In this document: piece after piece, positions 1-8,369 of the stretch
Numbering within the stretch: the stretch's first letter is position 1
How the letters are laid out: every line of letters starts with the position of its first letter
NCBI RefSeq assembly: GCF_963518325.1
Contig: NZ_CAUQJB010000007.1
Location: 66,388-90,387, forward strand
Direction: 5' to 3'
DNA from: an uncultured Vagococcus sp.
GTDB taxonomy: Bacteria; Bacillota; Bacilli; Lactobacillales; Vagococcaceae
DNA length: 24,000 nt
Made by a program: the position numbers and the translations under genes
The notes under the pieces: model-generated
What the model saw: the letters and a program-made list of their open reading frames with translations, nothing else
What the model was told of the DNA's origin: nothing
The model's database searches: none

Positions 1-675
1 GTTGGATTTTCAGTGATTTTTATCATCTCGATTATCTTATTAGGAGGGGCCCATAAGAAGTGGCGTTTACCGATTTGGTTGAATTTACTCACCTTTATAA
101 ATGGCATGATTGGGAATTTTTTATTTTTATTTGGTTCACTTTATGTTGGGGCAGTCTATGGCTTCAGTCAGGTTGCGACCCATCTTTACATGCCTTATGC
201 CCTAGGTGTGATTTTGGCGATGTTTGGGACACAAAAAGTGACGGGGCTATTTCCAAAACAGCAAGAACTACCTGTTTTAATGGGTGGACTAAGTATAGGA
301 TTTATGCTCTTAATGATTCCTGAGATGGCCGTAGTGGCGTGGTTAGTCATTAGTTTCTTTAGAAGTGGCACAAGCTCGTGGTTAAACAATTATTATTATA
401 AAAAAGTAAATGTCCCAGTTGATCAGCGCCTGTTAGTTAAATTTACGACTCAAAATAAAGGAAGCTTAACTCATCAATTTTTATTGATGACATTGATGTT
501 ACTCTTAGCAAAAATAATGGGAGAATCTGGTAATGTATTGCTTGAACTTACAGGTGAAAAAATGGTTACGCCCATTCAACTAGTTATTTTAGATGTGACT
601 AAGTGGCTAAGTGCCGGTCTAATGTTACTAGCACTTGGATGTGTGTACCTCTTATGGCGAGGACGAAAAAAATGA
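1..675 (+). CDS. Polytopic integral membrane protein of unknown function, probably truncated at the 5' window edge
   Basis: The track ORF 13..675 starts at GTG, but the frame stays open back to nt 1 (gtt gga ttt tca). The translation is mostly hydrophobic helices (GNFLFLFGSLYVGAVYGF, LMGGLSIGFMLLMIPEMAVVAWLVISFF, LSAGLMLLALGCVYLLW). No family recognised. Confidence 0.55.
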   Translation, partial: VGFSVIFIISIILLGGAHKKWRLPIWLNLLTFINGMIGNFLFLFGSLYVGAVYGFSQVATHLYMPYALGVILAMFGTQKVTGLFPKQQELPVLMGGLSIGFMLLMIPEMAVVAWLVISFFRSGTSSWLNNYYYKKVNVPVDQRLLVKFTTQNKGSLTHQFLLMTLMLLLAKIMGESGNVLLELTGEKMVTPIQLVILDVTKWLSAGLMLLALGCVYLLWRGRKK

Positions 676-693
676 CATGACAGGAGACCTACC

Positions 694-1425
694 ATGGAAA
701 AAAAGACTCATATGAAATTTATTTTGATTCTCATCAGCATATTTTTACTATCGACCCTTTTATTAATGCTCATCGGTGAGCCACCTAAGTCCATTTTAGT
801 TATTATTCTCAGTGGAATGGCTTTTGCTCCCTTGGAAATTTATGCCACTGTTTTCTTTTTAGAAAGCTTCTTAAAGAGACGGGAAGAGAAGGAAAATGAG
901 TTCCGAGAAGACGCCGAGTATTTTTCGATTGCAGAAGAAGAGCAAAAGCAATTGATTTGGTTAATTAAACATAATTTAGGTGATGTTTTTAATAAAAATA
1001 GTCAAAAAAAGACTGGGGAGAATTTTTCGTATGTTTGCGCTAATGAGAACCATGTGATTGATCATAAATTGATTAATGAGTCGACGGTGGAAAAGCACTT
1101 GTTTGAAGAGTTTGAAACTGTCGGAGTGGTCATCAAAAAAGAAATTTTAGATTTTTATTCCGTATACTTGAAGTTTATTCCTTTGGATATTTTTAAAGAA
1201 TTACACGGCATTTATCAAATAATCGAGATTAGTCTCTTGTTTAGCGATAATCCCTATCTTTTTCAGGAAAAAGAGACCATTGTGTTAAAATACCGCAATA
1301 ATCAGTTTACCCAAGAAGATTATCAGCGATTGATTGAGTTAAGCATAAAACAATTAAAAGAAATTAATCATCACATTAGTAATATCGAGAAAATGACAAT
1401 TGAACATTATAACCGGACTCTGTAA
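694..1425 (+). CDS. Hypothetical protein with an N-terminal two-helix membrane anchor and a charged soluble domain
   Basis: AGGAG at 682-686 lies 7 nt upstream of the ATG at 694. The N-terminus has FILILISIFLLSTLLLMLIG and VIILSGMAFAPLEIYATVFFL, followed by an E/K-rich region. It is probably co-transcribed with the upstream membrane gene (18-nt gap). No family recognised. Confidence 0.6.
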   Translation: MEKKTHMKFILILISIFLLSTLLLMLIGEPPKSILVIILSGMAFAPLEIYATVFFLESFLKRREEKENEFREDAEYFSIAEEEQKQLIWLIKHNLGDVFNKNSQKKTGENFSYVCANENHVIDHKLINESTVEKHLFEEFETVGVVIKKEILDFYSVYLKFIPLDIFKELHGIYQIIEISLLFSDNPYLFQEKETIVLKYRNNQFTQEDYQRLIELSIKQLKEINHHISNIEKMTIEHYNRTL

Positions 1426-1440
1426 AGAAAAAATAGTGAA

Positions 1441-1476
1441 AAAGCCTGTTCTCAAAATATGAACAGGCTTTTTTTG
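1441..1476. terminator. Bidirectional rho-independent terminator between convergent genes
   Basis: Perfect 11-bp stem aaagcctgttc (1441-1451) / gaacaggcttt (1461-1471) with a 9-nt loop, an A-run before and a T-run after. Confidence 0.85.
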
Positions 1477-1479
1477 TCG

Positions 1480-2655
1480 CTAATTTAGACGTTTTAGGGT
1501 CACATGATAAGAATAATTAGCTTCTTCAGCCATTTTTTGAAGGATTTGCAACAATAGCAAGATCCAAACAAAGGCTAGCATAAAGGCCAGAAGTTCAAAA
1601 ACAGTTAAAGATAAGTAACCAACACCGAGAAATAGATAGAGGGCAGCGATTAGGGTTCCACCAATTAAATAGGAGATGATTAAAAACTCCCTGGTGACAG
1701 TTGGCAATAGCCAGCGAATGCTGATAATTAAGATAATGATTAAATAAACTAAGATACCGGCTACTTGATTATGAAAACCAACGAATGGGCCAGTTGTTGT
1801 ATAGGGAAATAGACCAACAGCGCCTAAATCAAGGGCAGTAGCTGTTAATAAGAACCGTAAAATAGTTAGTCGTTTATTTTTTAAGTTGGCATGTTGCAAA
1901 TCAACAAATAAATAATCAATTAAGGCTACCATTAAAAGAGCAGAGTACATCAGTGTTAAATTGAATTCCCATCGATGTTTGGCATCTGAGGTACCGAGGA
2001 AACTAAAGTTAAATTGCCACCATTGGTTATCTCTATTAGTAATCATCGCAAGCAAAACACCGCCAATAATAACAAAAATTAACAGATTGGTTAATTTAGA
2101 TGGGGTGATTGACAGTGCAGAATAGATCATAAAATAATTAACAATCGCAATAAATAAAAAGAACAGTAAGGTGGCAGTAAATAGATCAAACGTGGCGCCT
2201 TTAAAGACTAGACCTAGTATTTTGAAGAATACAAGCAATGATAGAGAGAGAATGATAATAAAAGAGACCAAAATCGTTGGGAAATTCCGCCAATAGACAT
2301 CCTTCGACTTGATTTGAAGCTGCTTACGTTTCCCTTGAATAAAAAAGAAACTGAAACTGAGACTGCCACTTAATAGGCCTAAAACAATCACCAAGTTGGC
2401 AATTGAAAACTTACCGACTAAAGGGATCGTGTTGTATCCCGAAAAAAACAAATAACAAAAGAAGCCGAGACTGACAATTATAGTAGGAATCAAAAACCAG
2501 CGTAAGGAGATGGTTTGATTTCCCGGTTTATTGATAGTAGGTTCAATCATAATTTTTTGATCAGCTACTTTTAAAATCACATTCGTTTCATCCTCTAATT
2601 TAAAGGTCTCTGTGATGGTTTCTGGTAATGAGACACTGTATTCGTTATCTTTCAT
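1480..2655 (-). CDS. Polytopic membrane protein (about 10 TM) with a short soluble N-terminal domain resembling an AbrB/SpoVT swapped-hairpin fold; function unknown
   Basis: 391-aa ORF. GGAGGGG SD upstream of the ATG on the minus strand (ggaggggttaaaATG). The N-terminus VSLPETITETFKLEDETNVILKVADQKIMIEP resembles the AbrB/MazE-type pattern (x-iP-x-l-x-gd-x-v-x-dg-iilxP). The rest is hydrophobic helices. Confidence 0.7.
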   Translation of the reverse strand: MKDNEYSVSLPETITETFKLEDETNVILKVADQKIMIEPTINKPGNQTISLRWFLIPTIIVSLGFFCYLFFSGYNTIPLVGKFSIANLVIVLGLLSGSLSFSFFFIQGKRKQLQIKSKDVYWRNFPTILVSFIIILSLSLLVFFKILGLVFKGATFDLFTATLLFFLFIAIVNYFMIYSALSITPSKLTNLLIFVIIGGVLLAMITNRDNQWWQFNFSFLGTSDAKHRWEFNLTLMYSALLMVALIDYLFVDLQHANLKNKRLTILRFLLTATALDLGAVGLFPYTTTGPFVGFHNQVAGILVYLIIILIISIRWLLPTVTREFLIISYLIGGTLIAALYLFLGVGYLSLTVFELLAFMLAFVWILLLLQILQKMAEEANYSYHVTLKRLN

Positions 2656-2809
2656 TTTAACCCCTCCAACTAGGATAATTTTTAACTCACTCTCATTTTA
2701 TATAAGATTAATTATAAATTATTTAATTGGATTAGCAAGCTAAAGGCTCTTTAGCAGGAGTATTCTATAAGGGTTACTTAAAGATTGATGGTATTGTTTG
2801 TCTGACCTA

Positions 2810-2818
2810 TGGTATAAT
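2810..2818 (+). promoter_or_regulatory. Extended -10 promoter element (TGgTATAAT) for the RidA-family gene
   Basis: tggtataat at 2810-2818, about 43 nt upstream of the ATG at 2861. It lies downstream of the track start at 2798, which argues against that longer ORF. Confidence 0.5.
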
Positions 2819-2860
2819 TTTTGGAAGTACCAAACGATGAAAGATGAAGGGAGTATTTTT

Positions 2861-3196
2861 ATGGCGATTTATCAACACACACGACTTGCAAGTAACCAAT
2901 CTCTTTATATTTCAGGGCAAACGCCAATGAAAGCTAATCAAACACCGAAAGATATTGAGACTCAACTGGATAATGTGTTAGAAAAAATAGGTTTTTTGCT
3001 TGAAGAAAATAGGTTAACGGTCAACGAATTGGTGAAACTAACCATTTACATCACGGATGTCTCGTATCTTGGCGCCGTGAGAGCCAAATTAGCGGCATTT
3101 ATTGGCGAACCTAAACCAACCGCTACGTTAGTGGTAGTGGCTGGTTTGATTGATCCTGATTTTAAAGTTGAGATTGATGGGATTGCGTCATTGTAG
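2861..3196 (+). CDS. RidA/YjgF/Rid-family (endoribonuclease L-PSP fold) enamine/imine deaminase-like protein
   Basis: The track ORF is 2798..3196. I prefer the internal ATG at 2861 (MAIYQHTRL...) because GAAGGGAG sits 7 nt upstream and the promoter -10 lies downstream of 2798. Family-typical segments: LYISGQTP, LVKLTIYITD, PTATLVVVAGLIDPDFKVEIDGIA. Confidence 0.85.
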   Translation: MAIYQHTRLASNQSLYISGQTPMKANQTPKDIETQLDNVLEKIGFLLEENRLTVNELVKLTIYITDVSYLGAVRAKLAAFIGEPKPTATLVVVAGLIDPDFKVEIDGIASL

Positions 3197-3200
3197 TAAA

Positions 3201-3252
3201 AAAAGACTGGATTAGTGGCCGTTAGACGACCGTTAATCCCGTCTTTTTCTTT
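3201..3252 (+). terminator. Rho-independent terminator after the RidA-family gene
   Basis: Long hairpin pairing 3204-3218 with 3030-equivalent arm 3230-3244 (aagactggattagtgg / ccgttaatcccgtctt) with one mismatch and two G-U pairs and an 11-nt loop, followed by tttttctttgtttt. Confidence 0.7.
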
Positions 3253-3326
3253 GTTTTAGGGAATTCAAAGGGTGGTTTTTGATAATGCGTTACTTTTTGC
3301 ATTTTAAAAATGAAAAACAGCTATTT

Positions 3327-3340
3327 TTAAAACGGTTTCA
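3327..3340 (+). promoter_or_regulatory. Candidate CcpA cre site overlapping the putative promoter of the PTS operon
   Basis: TTAAAACGGTTTCA matches the cre consensus TGWNANCGNTNWCA at 13 of 14 positions (position 2 is T, not G). A TATACT -10 candidate lies at 3348-3353. Confidence 0.3.
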
Positions 3341-3374
3341 TATTAGGTATACTTTAATAGAAAGGAGCAGTCAT

Positions 3375-5267
3375 ATGAGAATTAAGCTAATAATGACACA
3401 ATTATTATCTAGCGATTATCCTGTTTCGATTGAACGGCTGGCCCAAGCTTGCGATGTGTCTAAGCGAACGATCCAAAGTGAACTTAAGTATTTATCGGGT
3501 ATTGCCACTAAACATGGGTTTATCTTAGAGACCATTAGAGGGAAAGGCTATCTATTAGGGATTACAGATGACCTTGCGCTCAATCGTTTTTTAGATCTTG
3601 ATTTAGTAGGGAATACGGCTAGTCATCCGGAAGTTAGATTATTACAGATGATGTTTTTATTGCTTGACACCCCAGGCTATCTTACCTCAACTAAATTAGC
3701 GACTGAATGTCAAATCAGTCCGTCAACGGTCAGGAAAGATTTAAAAAAAATTGAAGACATCATTGGTTCCTATGAATTGGAAATTGAAAACAAACCATAT
3801 TTTGGTACCTTGATAAAAGGTAAAGAGCATCAAAAGCGGAAACTGTTAATTGATTTACTTTATCAGGAACGAGAACAAATGACCAGTCAAACCGTTTATG
3901 AAGACGTGATAAAAAAAGGAACGTTTTCATTTAATTACGCGATTATCCAAAAGGAATCTTTAGCAGACAATAGATTGTTTAATGAGGACTCATTGGATCG
4001 ATTAGCGTTGTATTTGGCCATTGGCAAGCATCGTCATCAAGTGAGCAATGGTGAGCTGGACGTTATTGAGGAGGCGCAACTTAAGCCTTTATGTGAAAAG
4101 ATTCTCATAAGTGCCTGGCCAAGCTGTGCAAACAAAGAGGAAGAAATTCATTTATTAATGAACGAAATGCGAGATGTTGGATCTTTCGAAAAGAATCAAG
4201 AGAGCCAGGAGAAGCAAATTATTGGTCGAATTAAACGCTCATTAGCTCAAGTTGATCAAAAATTTTCTACGACTTTTAACGAGGATCAAGAGTTGGTTAT
4301 GTCATTAAAAAACCATCTTTTGCCTCTAATTGAGAGAGTCATTAGTGAAAATCAACTAGAGAACCCCTTAATAGATGATGTTTACGCCCGTTATGCCGAT
4401 GCGTTTAGTGTCAGCCTCTATTTTATTGAGGTGTTTAATGCCATGACGAATCATCAAATCACCGCTGATGAGGTGGCCTATCTTTCACTTTATTTTGCGG
4501 GAAGTATTGAGAAACAAAAGAACCAGAATTTGAAGCGTTACCGACGAGTTTTGATTGTGTGTACAAGTGGAGGTGGAGCGGCTTACTTATTAAAGATGAA
4601 GCTGGAAAGTATTTTCATTGGAGCGGAAATCGAAACCACATCGGTTGTTAATTTAGAACAAATAGATCAAAGGGATTACGACATTATTTTATCAACGATG
4701 ATGTTTGACTTAGAACATGCAGCTATTCCTGTGATTAAATTGACTAATTTTTTGGATGATGTCGAGCAGGAGCAACTGAAGCGCTATATTAAAACAGGGA
4801 CTTTTGATAAAGGCTTTACGAGTATGAATGATTTCAGTTTATTGGATCTTTTTAAACCGGATTGTTTTGAGATTGTTGAAGCAGATGATTACTTAGGCTT
4901 ACTGGAAAGTCGAGCAAAACGGCTAAGTGTCCTTGGCTATGCCAATGCCGATTATCCAGCCAATGTTTTAAAGCGCGAACTCAGTATGACGACCATCTAT
5001 GGGCAAGGCATTGCCGGTCCTCACGGGATTGAGATGGGCGCCATTAAAGAATGTTTGGATGTTATTATTTTGAAACAGTCTTTGATCTATCAAGATAAAA
5101 AAGTTAAGCTAATTTTTCTTATTAATCTTGATAAAGGACATCTTCATTTACATAAGCAAATCAGCCGATTAATTATGACCTTAATGTCAGATTCGACTGC
5201 TCGCAAACGAGTGGAAGCGGCCACAGACTTCGATGATTTTATAAAAAAAATAAAAAACACACTTTAG
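3375..5267 (+). CDS. PRD-domain PTS regulator of the MtlR/LicR/ManR type (two HTH, two PRD, EIIB-Gat-like and EIIA-Mtl-like domains)
   Basis: The track ORF starts at 3279. I prefer the ATG at 3375 (MRIKLIMTQLL...), preceded by AAAGGAG. Two N-terminal HTH segments are present (VSIERLAQACDVSKRTIQSELKYL; LTSTKLATECQISPSTVRKDLKKI), followed by a central PRD-like helical region. The EIIB-like site is RVLIVCTSGGGAAYLLK (Cys) and the EIIA-like site is GIAGPHGIEMG (His). Confidence 0.9.
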   Translation: MRIKLIMTQLLSSDYPVSIERLAQACDVSKRTIQSELKYLSGIATKHGFILETIRGKGYLLGITDDLALNRFLDLDLVGNTASHPEVRLLQMMFLLLDTPGYLTSTKLATECQISPSTVRKDLKKIEDIIGSYELEIENKPYFGTLIKGKEHQKRKLLIDLLYQEREQMTSQTVYEDVIKKGTFSFNYAIIQKESLADNRLFNEDSLDRLALYLAIGKHRHQVSNGELDVIEEAQLKPLCEKILISAWPSCANKEEEIHLLMNEMRDVGSFEKNQESQEKQIIGRIKRSLAQVDQKFSTTFNEDQELVMSLKNHLLPLIERVISENQLENPLIDDVYARYADAFSVSLYFIEVFNAMTNHQITADEVAYLSLYFAGSIEKQKNQNLKRYRRVLIVCTSGGGAAYLLKMKLESIFIGAEIETTSVVNLEQIDQRDYDIILSTMMFDLEHAAIPVIKLTNFLDDVEQEQLKRYIKTGTFDKGFTSMNDFSLLDLFKPDCFEIVEADDYLGLLESRAKRLSVLGYANADYPANVLKRELSMTTIYGQGIAGPHGIEMGAIKECLDVIILKQSLIYQDKKVKLIFLINLDKGHLHLHKQISRLIMTLMSDSTARKRVEAATDFDDFIKKIKNTL

Positions 5268-5276
5268 GAGAATGAT

Positions 5277-5585
5277 ATGGAGACACAGGAAAAAGATATA
5301 TTTCAACTTATTGCCATTTCAGGGGACAGTCGAGGGGCGGCATTTGCGGCTTTGCGACTTGCTCGTAAAAAAAAATATGATGAAGCGACGCAAAAATTAG
5401 AAGAGGCCCGTCTGAAAGCAACGGAAGCACACAATATTCAAACAGCCCTAATTACAAAAGAAATCAATGGGGACAGTGATCCAGTAACTCTTTTAGGCGT
5501 CCATGCTCAAGATCATTTGATGACGACACTGTTGGCACGAGATTTAATTGAAGAACTAATTATGTATATGGAAGAACGAGACTAA
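5277..5585 (+). CDS. PTS lactose/cellobiose-family EIIA component
   Basis: 102 aa. It starts 9 nt after the regulator stop, with a TAGGAGAA SD. Three-helix-bundle type sequence with the conserved VHAQDHLM phospho-His region. Confidence 0.9.
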   Translation: METQEKDIFQLIAISGDSRGAAFAALRLARKKKYDEATQKLEEARLKATEAHNIQTALITKEINGDSDPVTLLGVHAQDHLMTTLLARDLIEELIMYMEERD

Positions 5586-5602
5586 CCAAAGGAGGAAATA
5601 AC

Positions 5603-5929
5603 ATGAACATTTTATTAGTATGTGCAGGTGGTTTTTCAACCACAATGATGATGGAAGAAATGAAGAAAGTAATCAATGGGTCGAAAAAATTGGATATTGC
5701 TGATTTTCCAATGGAAGCAGTAGGTGTAGATCGACTGCCAAACGTGATTGATGATTATGACGTGATTTTAGTTGGTCCCCAGTTAAGTCATAAATTTGAT
5801 TATGTCAAAGGGGAAGGGGATCAACGAAACATCCCAACGGTCTTATTAACATCGGAAATATATGGGGCAATGGATGGGGCAACAGTCGTGAAACAAGCGA
5901 TTTTAGCTTACCGTAAAAATCAAGCTTAG
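5603..5929 (+). CDS. PTS lactose/cellobiose-family EIIB component
   Basis: 108 aa with an AAAGGAGG SD. The N-terminus MNILLVCAGGFSTTMM carries the active-site Cys typical of cellobiose-type EIIB. Confidence 0.9.
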   Translation: MNILLVCAGGFSTTMMMEEMKKVINGSKKLDIADFPMEAVGVDRLPNVIDDYDVILVGPQLSHKFDYVKGEGDQRNIPTVLLTSEIYGAMDGATVVKQAILAYRKNQA

Positions 5930-5940
5930 GAGGTAACAAG

Positions 5941-7281
5941 ATGGAAAATGGTAAAGGGTTTTTTGGTAAAATTGAAGGATTAATCGGCAAAACATTAGTT
6001 CCAATTGCCAATAAAGTTGACAATCAACCGCATTTAACGGCGGTGAAGAAAGGGATGGTTGTGCTAACGCCAGTACTACTTTTAGGGTCAATGGCAGCAA
6101 TCTTTCCATCCATTCCAGAATTTATTCAAACGAGTGGCGTTCAGAATTGGTTTGAGACATACGGTTATATTTTTGATTTGATTACGAAAGCCACACTTGG
6201 TTTAGTTGGTCTCTATGCCGTAATGGGCATTAGTTATTTTCTGAGTGAGCAATATCAATTGTATACGATTGGTTCGGTTTGTCTCTCATTGATCGGTTTT
6301 CTTCTCGTCTCTTTAAATGTGGATGAAAATGGCAATATCGTTTCGACTTATTTGGATTCAAAAGGTCTTTTTACAGGGATTTTTATCGCTTTAATCTCTG
6401 TTGAAATTTATCGCTTTTTTACAAAACATAAGTTAGTGATTAAAATGCCGGAAGGGGTGCCGGATTTTGTTTCCAGCTCCTTTGAATTGATTACTCCAAC
6501 GGCTGCAATTGGTGTGCTCTTTATTATTATTAGAATGATTACTGATTCTTTAACAGGAGGTGTCTTACTTCCACAAGTAATCATGAACGTTTTAGCGCCT
6601 GCAATTGGAGGCATGGATTCCCTTTGGGTGATCTATTTAGTCTTAGTCTTACGGTTAACTTTTTGGTTTTTTGGGATTCACTCTGCGGTGTTATCAACCA
6701 TTATATCGCCAATTATTGTGCAATACTTATCAGAAAATATTTCAGCAAAAGCTGCTGGTGAAGTATTACCTCACGTATTAACTGGTGGTGGGATGTCAGC
6801 ATACGCAAATTTCACAGGTTCTGGTGTAACGATTGGTCTGGTGATTGCGATGATTCTAAGCAAGTCCAAACGCTATAAAAAAGTTGGTGCAGTTGCTTTA
6901 CTGCCATCTTTATTCGGTATAAATGAACCGGTTCTTTTCGGGGTACCGATCATCTTAAATCCAATTTTAATGATTCCGTTTATCTTTGGTGGTTCTTTAG
7001 TGGGCCTCTTGCCATTTGTTTTTATGAAGTTAGGTTTCCTCAATTATCCAATATTCGATCCTCCGTATGTTCCGGTCTTTCTTGAAGGTTTTTTAGTCGG
7101 ATTTGATTGGCGTTCAATTATTGCCAATGGGTTACAAATTATTTTGTCAGTCGGCCTATACTGGCCTTTCTTTAAAGTGTTAGAGAAGCAGGAATTAATC
7201 CGTGAACAACATGTTGAAGCGTCTAAACAATCGATTATTTCAGATGAAGATGAAGGCTTATTAGGAGATTTGGATTTTTAA
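5941..7281 (+). CDS. PTS lactose/cellobiose-family EIIC permease
   Basis: 446 aa, polytopic, with a TAGGAGG SD. Contains the family-typical PSLFGINEPVLFGVPIILNP segment and the N-terminal GKTLVPIANKV...HLTAVKKGM segment. Confidence 0.92.
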   Translation: MENGKGFFGKIEGLIGKTLVPIANKVDNQPHLTAVKKGMVVLTPVLLLGSMAAIFPSIPEFIQTSGVQNWFETYGYIFDLITKATLGLVGLYAVMGISYFLSEQYQLYTIGSVCLSLIGFLLVSLNVDENGNIVSTYLDSKGLFTGIFIALISVEIYRFFTKHKLVIKMPEGVPDFVSSSFELITPTAAIGVLFIIIRMITDSLTGGVLLPQVIMNVLAPAIGGMDSLWVIYLVLVLRLTFWFFGIHSAVLSTIISPIIVQYLSENISAKAAGEVLPHVLTGGGMSAYANFTGSGVTIGLVIAMILSKSKRYKKVGAVALLPSLFGINEPVLFGVPIILNPILMIPFIFGGSLVGLLPFVFMKLGFLNYPIFDPPYVPVFLEGFLVGFDWRSIIANGLQIILSVGLYWPFFKVLEKQELIREQHVEASKQSIISDEDEGLLGDLDF

Positions 7282-8369
7282 TGATAACTAACCAAATAAA
7301 TCCTAGAGTAGAAAAACTTCAACATTATTTATCAACCCAATCGATTGAGGGGCTGTTAGTAACCGATAAGCCTAATAAATTTTATTTATCAGGCTTTAAT
7401 GGAACAGATGTCGCTCTTTTAATCACCAAAGACCTTTCGTGGATTATTGCTGATGGTCGTTATTTGGAAGAAATAAAAAAAGAAGTAACAGGTTTTAGTG
7501 TGATTGATAATAAGGGAGATATGATTAAGACGCTTGTCTCCCTTGTTAAAGACCAACAGTTAACTTGTTTAGCTGTTGAGGCAGATAATCTAACCCTTAA
7601 GTGGTTTTTGGAGATGCAACATGGATTAAAGGGGCAATGTGACCTCTTTCCGACACAACATATTATTGAGCAGTTACGAATGATTAAAGAGCCAGCTGAA
7701 TTAGCTATTTTAAAAAAGGCAGCTGAACTAACTGATTTGGTCTATGATCATTGTTTGAAAATTACTAAACCAGGAATGACAGAAGCCATGCTTGCGGTTG
7801 AACTTGAACATTATATGAGACAGCAAGGGGCAGATGGTTGTTCATTCGAAACAATCGTTGCTTCTGGTAACCGTAGTGCGATGCCTCATGGTCATGCCAG
7901 TCATAAGTTGTTGGCTAAAGGTGAGCTAGTGACCGTCGATTTCGGCGTAAGGTATCAGGGGTATTATACTGATATGACGCGAACTTTTGCAATAGGCCAG
8001 GTTATGCCTGAATTGAAACATATCTACAAAATTGTCAATCTGGCTGGCTTAAAAGCTTTTGGGGAATTAAAGGCAGGCATGACAACAGGTGATTTGGATC
8101 AGATTTGCCGCGATTATATATATCAGGCGGGTTATGGTGATTATTATAATCATGGTACCGGTCATGGGATTGGCTTAAGTTGCCATGAATATCCCTATAT
8201 TAAAACTGGCTTAACAGAGGTGTTGCAGAAAGAAATGACGTTTACGATTGAACCGGGTATTTATTTGCCCGATTATGGTGGTGTTAGAATTGAAGATGAT
8301 ATTTATTTGAATAGTCAAGGATATGGAGAAAGTTTGACTAAATCAACGAGAGATTGGATTGAATTGTAG
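7281..8369 (+). CDS. M24B-family Xaa-Pro aminopeptidase/dipeptidase (PepP/PepQ/YpdF-like)
   Basis: 362 aa. The ATG overlaps the EIIC stop (TAATG, 7279-7283). All pita-bread metal ligand motifs are present: VTVDFG...YYTDMTRT, HGTGHGIGL, FTIEPGIY, VRIEDDI. Confidence 0.92.
   Translation: MITNQINPRVEKLQHYLSTQSIEGLLVTDKPNKFYLSGFNGTDVALLITKDLSWIIADGRYLEEIKKEVTGFSVIDNKGDMIKTLVSLVKDQQLTCLAVEADNLTLKWFLEMQHGLKGQCDLFPTQHIIEQLRMIKEPAELAILKKAAELTDLVYDHCLKITKPGMTEAMLAVELEHYMRQQGADGCSFETIVASGNRSAMPHGHASHKLLAKGELVTVDFGVRYQGYYTDMTRTFAIGQVMPELKHIYKIVNLAGLKAFGELKAGMTTGDLDQICRDYIYQAGYGDYYNHGTGHGIGLSCHEYPYIKTGLTEVLQKEMTFTIEPGIYLPDYGGVRIEDDIYLNSQGYGESLTKSTRDWIEL

Noticed and set aside
1485-1522. TTAGAC GTTTT AGGGTC ACATGATAAG AATAAT on the + strand, which superficially resembles the repeat-promoter. 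Isolated TTAGAC/GTCTAA hexamers were also noted at about 3224, 3459, 7223, 10975, 15540, 16717, 20213 and 23627.
   Set aside because: At 1485 the second hexamer matches at only 2 of 6 positions. The element lies inside the 3' end of the 1480..2655 coding sequence and points antisense. The other hexamers are single copies inside genes or a terminator, with no partner at 11 bp, which is consistent with chance.
2798-3374. Longer N-terminal extensions given by the ORF track for the RidA-family gene (2798), the PRD regulator (3279) and folT (18980).
   Set aside because: The extensions start at weak or alternative codons without an SD. At 2798 the start lies upstream of the likely -10 box, and the extensions add non-homologous residues. 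Internal starts at 2861, 3375 and 19043 each have strong SD sequences at proper spacing.
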